A stretch of 64,000 nucleotides of DNA, from NCBI GenBank assembly GCA_943329665.2, contig CALQEU020000020.1:584-64583 (forward strand), read 5' to 3'. This document shows positions 58,643-64,000 of the stretch, in pieces. A model generated the notes under the pieces. It was not told the origin of the DNA. It saw only the letters and a list, made by a program, of their open reading frames with translations, and made no database searches. A program made the position numbers and the translations under genes. The DNA is from Bifidobacterium breve. Its GTDB lineage: Bacteria; Bacteroidota; Bacteroidia; AKYH767-A; OLB10. Position 1 is the stretch's first letter, and each line of letters opens with the position of its first letter.

Positions 58643-60169
58643 CTAGTATTTCATTATTTTCCCTTGTGTTTTATCCTTTTCAGTTACCAAAGAAACTATA
58701 TAAACTCCAGCTGTAATTGCATTCATCGCAATCTCCCCCGTAAAATACCCTCCAGCTATCACATCCACTTTCCTCTCCACCACCACTCTCCCCTCCACAT
58801 CAAACAACCTCAACACCCCGCTCTTTCCTTTCAACTTCGACGCATTCACATGAATTATATTCCACTCGTGATTGTACCATGCTTGGAAAAATACATCCCC
58901 TTTTTGGTTGTTTTCGGTTATGCCTACCGTTAGTGTATCGCAAGGCGAGCCTACCCATGCACCGAGTTCGAAATCGGGATTGTTGGGCAAACCGTAATAC
59001 GTTCTTGCACCACCTAAGTAAAAACTAAATGGTTGAAAATCGCAGGCAAGGCCGAGGGAATCGGGTTGGTTGATAACGCTGAGATAAGAATTGATAGTTG
59101 TGAACAAAGTGTCAGGATATGGTGTACTTGCAGTTTGGTCGCCTGATGTCAAGTATATCTTATTATCTGGAGCCAATTTCATATTACCTGCACTTCTTTC
59201 ATAGCTAGGGAGTACTGCAATCAATTGTTTGCTTGCAAAAATATTCGGAGCGGTCAAATCAAATTGAAACACAGTATCGTTTTGTCCGGGTTGATTTAAT
59301 GAGGAAATACTAACAACATATAATTTGTTGCCATCGGAAGAAAAGGCAGCTGAAAAATAATATGGATACGGAGCATTACTTCTTTCTAGTTCGATGGTAA
59401 TAGGATTTGAAAGTGATCCATAACATCGATCAAAATCAAAAAGAGAAATTAATCCTCTCCAATTAACATGGACCAATTTATCGTACGTTCCATTGAAAAC
59501 ACATTGACCACCGCCGGATGAAAAAATTGGACCCAAACTTTGAGTTGAATTTAAACTTATTCCATTAGCATTAATCAAATAAACGTAAGTTAAATTATTT
59601 CCTGATTGTCCAGTCCCGTCCCAAACTTTAAAAAGCAACCACCAATCTCGACCATTACCATGCCTTACAGCAGTAAGTCCATCAAAAGCAGGCGCATTTT
59701 CTAGCTGAATATTTTTTTGAATAACGATTCCGGAATCATTGTTTGCTTTGTAATTAAAGAGTGTGTAATATAATCCATCGAATGAATTTACTCCAATGGT
59801 AAATAAATAAACTAATGAATCATTACCAGGGTGAGGTATTAATAACATTTCATGATACCATCCTTCAACATACAAACTATCACTACCTGGAATTGGAATA
59901 TTAAATCTATTATAAGTTTTTGATTGATTAAATATAAGAGTAGTGTAATTAGAATGCGAATAAATCAAAACCCCGCTTGAGTCAGCAATCGAAACAGAGG
60001 TTCCTCGCCCTCTTACTTTAGAAGTAAAAAAATTTGGGCTGCTTGGATTACTCCAATTTATTCCGGCACTATCACCAAATAACCAATAATTATTATTGAA
60101 TTGAGCATTAGATTTTTGGCATACTAAAGTCATTAATACAATTAAAATAATTTGAGTGAGGCGTGTCAT
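58643..60169 (-). CDS. T9SS-secreted beta-propeller-like protein
   Basis: Signal peptide. N-terminal NNYWLFGDSAGINW motif, common in Bacteroidota T9SS cargo. C-terminal sorting-domain-like VLRLFDVEGRVVVERKV...GVYIVSLV. Confidence 0.75.
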   Translation of the reverse strand: MTRLTQIILIVLMTLVCQKSNAQFNNNYWLFGDSAGINWSNPSSPNFFTSKVRGRGTSVSIADSSGVLIYSHSNYTTLIFNQSKTYNRFNIPIPGSDSLYVEGWYHEMLLIPHPGNDSLVYLFTIGVNSFDGLYYTLFNYKANNDSGIVIQKNIQLENAPAFDGLTAVRHGNGRDWWLLFKVWDGTGQSGNNLTYVYLINANGISLNSTQSLGPIFSSGGGQCVFNGTYDKLVHVNWRGLISLFDFDRCYGSLSNPITIELERSNAPYPYYFSAAFSSDGNKLYVVSISSLNQPGQNDTVFQFDLTAPNIFASKQLIAVLPSYERSAGNMKLAPDNKIYLTSGDQTASTPYPDTLFTTINSYLSVINQPDSLGLACDFQPFSFYLGGARTYYGLPNNPDFELGAWVGSPCDTLTVGITENNQKGDVFFQAWYNHEWNIIHVNASKLKGKSGVLRLFDVEGRVVVERKVDVIAGGYFTGEIAMNAITAGVYIVSLVTEKDKTQGKIMKY

Positions 60170-60579
60170 TAGCGGCTAATGATTAATCGTTCATTCCATG
60201 TATAATTATCATGCTTTACTTTTAAAAAGTAAACGCCTTGCATCAGAAATGTTGTATTAACTTGAGATGTGTTAGAACATACAATGGAAATTCTTCCTGT
60301 AATATCAAATATATATATTTCTTGAGGAACTAAATCATTACTTAATCGTACATAAACTAAATCACCAGCTGGGTTTGGAAATACATTAAGAGTTACATCC
60401 TTTTCTTCAATTTTTGGTTGCATCAACCGAGATGATGAAGAAAGGGGTTCATCATTAACTTCCAAATTCAAAATGGTTCTAGCATCAATGGGAATCTGTG
60501 CTTTCAGAGGTATCCCTGAAAAAATTAAAAATGTAAACATCACTATACATCGTCTCAAAGCAATCTTATATTTTTTCAT
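60169..60579 (-). CDS. Mini T9SS cargo: signal peptide + ~35-aa linker + Por C-terminal domain only
   Basis: MKKYKIALRRCIVMFTFLIFSGIPLKAQ, then LNVFPNPAGDLVYVRL...GVYFLKVKH. Its stop overlaps the downstream ATG (TAATG). Confidence 0.65.
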   Translation of the reverse strand: MKKYKIALRRCIVMFTFLIFSGIPLKAQIPIDARTILNLEVNDEPLSSSSRLMQPKIEEKDVTLNVFPNPAGDLVYVRLSNDLVPQEIYIFDITGRISIVCSNTSQVNTTFLMQGVYFLKVKHDNYTWNERLIISR

Positions 60580-60777
60580 AAAAATGAGTATTGGTTAAGC
60601 GAATGTAGAAATGATTTTTGAAAAAGCAAGGGGTTGGTTGAAAATAAATAGATTAAATTAATGTTACTATACTCCTTTATTAAAAACAAGGTATAAACAA
60701 TTAAAGCAAGTATCGGCTAGGAAAACAGAGTAAAAATAATTTAAGAGATGAAATTCACCGGTAAGTTCTTACTGCAA

Positions 60778-61194
60778 CTATACTGTAGCAATCACTTTCA
60801 ATTCGATCCCAATCGGCGTAGGCAAGCAATTAATTTCAACGGTAGTACGGCAGGGTTGGTTGTCTTTGAAGTACTCTGCATAGATGCGGTTGTAGGTAGC
60901 GAAGTCATCTTTCATATTCGTTAAGAAAACAGTCACGTCAATAATTTTATCCCAGCTACTGCCTGCATCTTCCAAAATGTATTTTATGTTTCTAAAAACA
61001 GAATGGCATTGCGCTTCGATATCGTAAGAAATCACTTTCCCGTCTTCGTCTTGCGTAACACCCGGAATAATTTTGGTTCCGCGTTCTCTCGGTCCTACTC
61101 CCGATAAAAACAATAAATCCCCAACACGGCGTGCATGAGGGTAAAGTCCGACAGGTTCGGGGGCTTTGCTGGAATGGATAGGGTTAGTTGACAT
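60778..61194 (-). CDS. ridA: RidA/YjgF family reactive-intermediate deaminase
   Basis: PVGLYPHARRVGDLLFLSGVGP...VTVFLTNMKDDFATYNRIYAEYF...PCRTTVEI is typical of YjgF/RidA. Confidence 0.85.
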   Translation of the reverse strand: MSTNPIHSSKAPEPVGLYPHARRVGDLLFLSGVGPRERGTKIIPGVTQDEDGKVISYDIEAQCHSVFRNIKYILEDAGSSWDKIIDVTVFLTNMKDDFATYNRIYAEYFKDNQPCRTTVEINCLPTPIGIELKVIATV

Positions 61195-61217
61195 ACTGAT
61201 AGGTTACGAATATACTA

Positions 61218-61258
61218 GGTTACGAATTACGAATCGATACGAATGTACGAATTACTAA
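61218..61258. repeat. Right arm of the 38-bp perfect inverted repeat
   Basis: See the 58600-58640 entry. It starts 23 nt upstream of the ridA ATG. An extra half-copy GGTTACGAAT lies at 61202-61211. Confidence 0.95.
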
Positions 61259-61460
61259 TATACGGATACGCGAATTTACGAAAATCTCTTGACGCGAAAT
61301 GCGAACTATCACGAAATGCGAAAATTACAAAATTCTTGCTTTAGAGGAAGAAGGAATAGTCAATGCATACAAAATTCAAAAATAATTCACCAATACACCA
61401 ATTTACCAATTTGCAATTCCCGTAATAAAAATGCGGGTGAAAAATTAGATGTAACGAAAT

Positions 61461-63068
61461 CTACTGCGGTACGATGAACACGACTTCGAGTTCCCAGTTG
61501 GCTCTTAGGGTGATGGGGTCGGGGTAAATGAATACTTTTTCGGGTTGGCGCTTTTGGGCGTAATGGGAATAGGTGTAGCGATGATCGCGGATGGTGTCTT
61601 CTATCAATCGAAGTTTGATGGGACCTATGTTGAGGTATGAAAAAGTGTACGTAGAATCTTTGTTGATCTCCATTTCGCGGATGGGCTCAAATTTTTCAGA
61701 AAGGATCTGGAGTAAATAATTTTTATCTGAATCTAAATTCTGTGTTTTGATGCTGAGCATCGCCGTGGTTTCTTCGGTGGGTACTACAAAATCGAGCTTG
61801 AGCGTGTCGTTGGCTAATTCATAAATGTCTTTTACGGCCCCAGGCAAGATGGTAAGTTTATATTTTTTTCCGTTTTGCCAAGGATAATCAATCTTAAAAT
61901 AACCGGTAACCGCATCTATCATTTTCAAAGGAAGACGGATCGCTTTTGAACTATCTTCGATCACCTCTGCCGAATCTAATTTCAATTGCAAGGGATGATT
62001 TGAATTGAAAACAAAAGAGGTGGCTGGACCAAAAGAAGCTGGAGATTGTCGAGGATTTATTCGAAGCCGAGTTCTTGTTCCTACGACTCCAACAGGTGGA
62101 GTTAAACTTTGCAACAAAGTATCAATCACTTTATCACCATCATACATCAACAGCGACAATGAATCGGAAATGGTATCCGGCGAGTAAAAATAAAAGGTAT
62201 CGCGGTTAGCGAGTGAATACTGCGTACCTTTCCACGATGCACCATCCATCGTTTTTAGCACTAAGGAATCAATTCGTTTGTTAAATGAAATCATGGCCGA
62301 GTAACGATCAAGTCGGAGCGCTTTTAAGAAACGTGGAGTTGCAGGTTCTAATGGAGAGAGACGTAATTCTGGATGTGCATCACCAGGTAATACAATGCTG
62401 GAATCCATAAATGCCAAAGGTTCTTCTCCGCTGCTATCAACAACGTAATTGCTGTTCTTATCATCTACCGCATAAAGTCGGTACTGCCCTGCTGCCATAT
62501 TATCAATTCTGAATTCGCCTTTCTCATTGGATTTAGCAAAATAATCGGGGCGCTTTCTAAAAACAATACTGTCTTCTTTTGTGTCTATTGATTTTCGGTA
62601 CACCAATACCGTTATACTCTTTATTCCAACAGCGGTAGATGCATCAACAACCGTTCCTTCTACTTTTAACGAATCCAAAAAATCGCCCGTAGAAAAAACG
62701 TATTGGAAATTCTCCAAGGGATTGGCTTCATGCACATCTACAATTGACTTTCCGAAATTGAGTGTATAAGTTGTATTGGGAGCTAAATCAATAGGCAAAG
62801 TAATGATCAGTTCACGCTTGTTTGCTTTTACTTCAGGTATTTTACTCATGAGTGGACTCACTAAAAATTGTCCTTGCAAATCATTTAACGCAATATTTTC
62901 ATTAAACTGCAAATGAATTTCATTGCTGTTAAAACGAATGCTTTTGTTTTCTGGAATTGTCGCTAATAATTTGGGCGCTTCAATATCTTTCTCCCCACCG
63001 GTTGGCGTAACTCGATTGGCGCACGATGCCAATAATAAAACGAGGAGACTATAAATTACTTTTTTCAA
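61461..63068 (-). CDS. Ig-like (Big_5/SbsA-type) domain lipoprotein
   Basis: TTG at 63068 gives the classic lipoprotein signal MKKVIYSLLVLLLASC; the track's GTG at 63095 is the alternative. Beta-rich sequence. Confidence 0.65.
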   Translation of the reverse strand: MKKVIYSLLVLLLASCANRVTPTGGEKDIEAPKLLATIPENKSIRFNSNEIHLQFNENIALNDLQGQFLVSPLMSKIPEVKANKRELIITLPIDLAPNTTYTLNFGKSIVDVHEANPLENFQYVFSTGDFLDSLKVEGTVVDASTAVGIKSITVLVYRKSIDTKEDSIVFRKRPDYFAKSNEKGEFRIDNMAAGQYRLYAVDDKNSNYVVDSSGEEPLAFMDSSIVLPGDAHPELRLSPLEPATPRFLKALRLDRYSAMISFNKRIDSLVLKTMDGASWKGTQYSLANRDTFYFYSPDTISDSLSLLMYDGDKVIDTLLQSLTPPVGVVGTRTRLRINPRQSPASFGPATSFVFNSNHPLQLKLDSAEVIEDSSKAIRLPLKMIDAVTGYFKIDYPWQNGKKYKLTILPGAVKDIYELANDTLKLDFVVPTEETTAMLSIKTQNLDSDKNYLLQILSEKFEPIREMEINKDSTYTFSYLNIGPIKLRLIEDTIRDHRYTYSHYAQKRQPEKVFIYPDPITLRANWELEVVFIVPQ

Positions 63069-63567
63069 CGGGAACAGATTTAGCGAATAATTCACTCATT
63101 AACGATACAAGCGATTGTAAATACTTTGCATCGACCTCATCAAAATCATTGATGACATCACTGTCTACATCCAATATCATCACCACACGATCTTTAAATA
63201 GGATGGGCAATACGATTTCAGATTTCGATAAGGCACTGCAAGCAATATGTCCGGGGAATTGATCAACATCGGGAACTAAAATCACTCGAGCTTCCTTCCA
63301 AGCTAATCCACAAACTCCTTTTCCGTAGCCGATGCGCGTACAAGCTAATGGACCTTGGAACGGACCTAGGACTAACTCCTCCGCCTTAACGAAGTAAACA
63401 CCCACCCAGAAAAAATTAAATGCTTCTTTTAAAGCGGCCATGATATTGGCGCAATTCGCGATCAAGTCATCTTCATCCTCCACCAAGTGCTTTAATTGGG
63501 GCAATAGTATTTCATAACGCTCCTTTTTACTTGTCCCCATTGGTGCCAATTCCAGTTCTTCAGCCAT
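63049..63567 (-). CDS. msrC: GAF-domain free methionine-(R)-sulfoxide reductase
   Basis: FWVGVYFV...LVLGPFQGPLACTRIGYGKGVCGLAW...FPGHIACSALSKSEIVLPI closely follows the YebR/fRMsr pattern. The start is at Met 63567 or 63540, because the track start would overlap comF. Confidence 0.8.
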   Translation of the reverse strand: MAEELELAPMGTSKKERYEILLPQLKHLVEDEDDLIANCANIMAALKEAFNFFWVGVYFVKAEELVLGPFQGPLACTRIGYGKGVCGLAWKEARVILVPDVDQFPGHIACSALSKSEIVLPILFKDRVVMILDVDSDVINDFDEVDAKYLQSLVSLMSELFAKSVPVEKSNL

Positions 63568-63589
63568 CGGCCACAAAGATAGTCGCTGT

Positions 63590-64000
63590 CTAGAGGCGAG
63601 CAAAGGCAATGGTGACAATACTCACTTGCACACCCGGAATTTTTAAAAGGGCTTCTGCCGCTGCAATTAATGTTGATCCTGTGGTAATTACATCATCTAC
63701 TAAAAGTATTTTCTTTCCTTTTAAGATGTTCTCATCCAACGCTTCAAACACATTCGCCACATTAGCGGCCCGTTCGAGGCGATGTTTACTCGTTTGACTG
63801 ACAGTATTTCTCTTCCGTTGTAGTGCATCGGCGAGCTGTTGGATACCCATTACTTCGGCCAATCCTTTACCAAAACTGGCTGCTTGGTTGTAGCCACGAA
63901 AACGCAATTTATGTGGGTGTAAGGGAATGGGAATAACGTAATCGTGGCTCGCATACTGCGGCGATTTCAACAAACGATAGCCACAAAGTTGTCCAAGTTT
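63590..64000 (-). CDS. comF: ComF-family phosphoribosyltransferase-like protein (5' end beyond the window)
   Basis: PIPLHPHKLRFRGYNQA and the PRTase motif ILLVDDVITTGSTL. The frame stays open upstream of the track's TTG to position 64000. Confidence 0.8.
   Translation of the reverse strand, partial: KLGQLCGYRLLKSPQYASHDYVIPIPLHPHKLRFRGYNQAASFGKGLAEVMGIQQLADALQRKRNTVSQTSKHRLERAANVANVFEALDENILKGKKILLVDDVITTGSTLIAAAEALLKIPGVQVSIVTIAFARL

Noticed and set aside
1-64000. Whole window as a defence or mobile island
   Set aside because: Gene content is dominated by conserved housekeeping, transport and T9SS cargo genes. I recognised no integrase, transposase, phage, restriction-modification, toxin-antitoxin, Cas, retron or nuclease-NTPase defence signature in any listed ORF.

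Overview
AT-rich chromosomal segment that looks like Bacteroidota. The evidence is many secreted proteins ending in T9SS (Por) C-terminal sorting domains, TonB-dependent receptors with HmuY-like partners, a MurF-Alr fusion, and TAnnTTTG -7 promoter boxes sitting a few nt upstream of start codons. Content is mostly housekeeping: PLD/cardiolipin synthase-like, murF-alr, tdk, ubiX, queG, ruvB, methylmalonyl-CoA epimerase, kbl, dprA, tryptophan 2,3-dioxygenase-like, ridA, fRMsr, comF, and one tRNA with anticodon CAU. It also carries transport genes (2 TonB-dependent receptors, an ABC-2 exporter, a PF04392-type ABC importer) and at least seven T9SS cargo genes, including giants of 2561, about 1470 and 1133 aa. 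I saw no integrase, transposase, CRISPR array, restriction-modification, toxin-antitoxin or other recognisable defence or mobile module, so I cannot name a novel multi-gene system with confidence. The signals least explained by ordinary annotation are six. (1) A perfect 38-bp inverted repeat pair exactly brackets a 3-gene block (58603-61255). (2) A family of intergenic word-stutter elements built from short reiterated k-mers (TACGAAT, AATTGGT, AGCTAGA, CACGGAT, and a 31-bp unit repeated 5 times). (3) Two microsatellite arrays lie inside the spacer of an ABC-2 operon. (4) A 557-bp structured spacer splits an ABC importer operon. (5) A 12-copy (A/G)RALVN hexapeptide array, conserved at protein but not DNA level, sits inside the 2561-aa protease-adhesin. 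(6) A hemophore-like locus has one HmuY-like protein carrying a T9SS tail. All functional calls come from motif reading of the supplied translations. No database search was possible.
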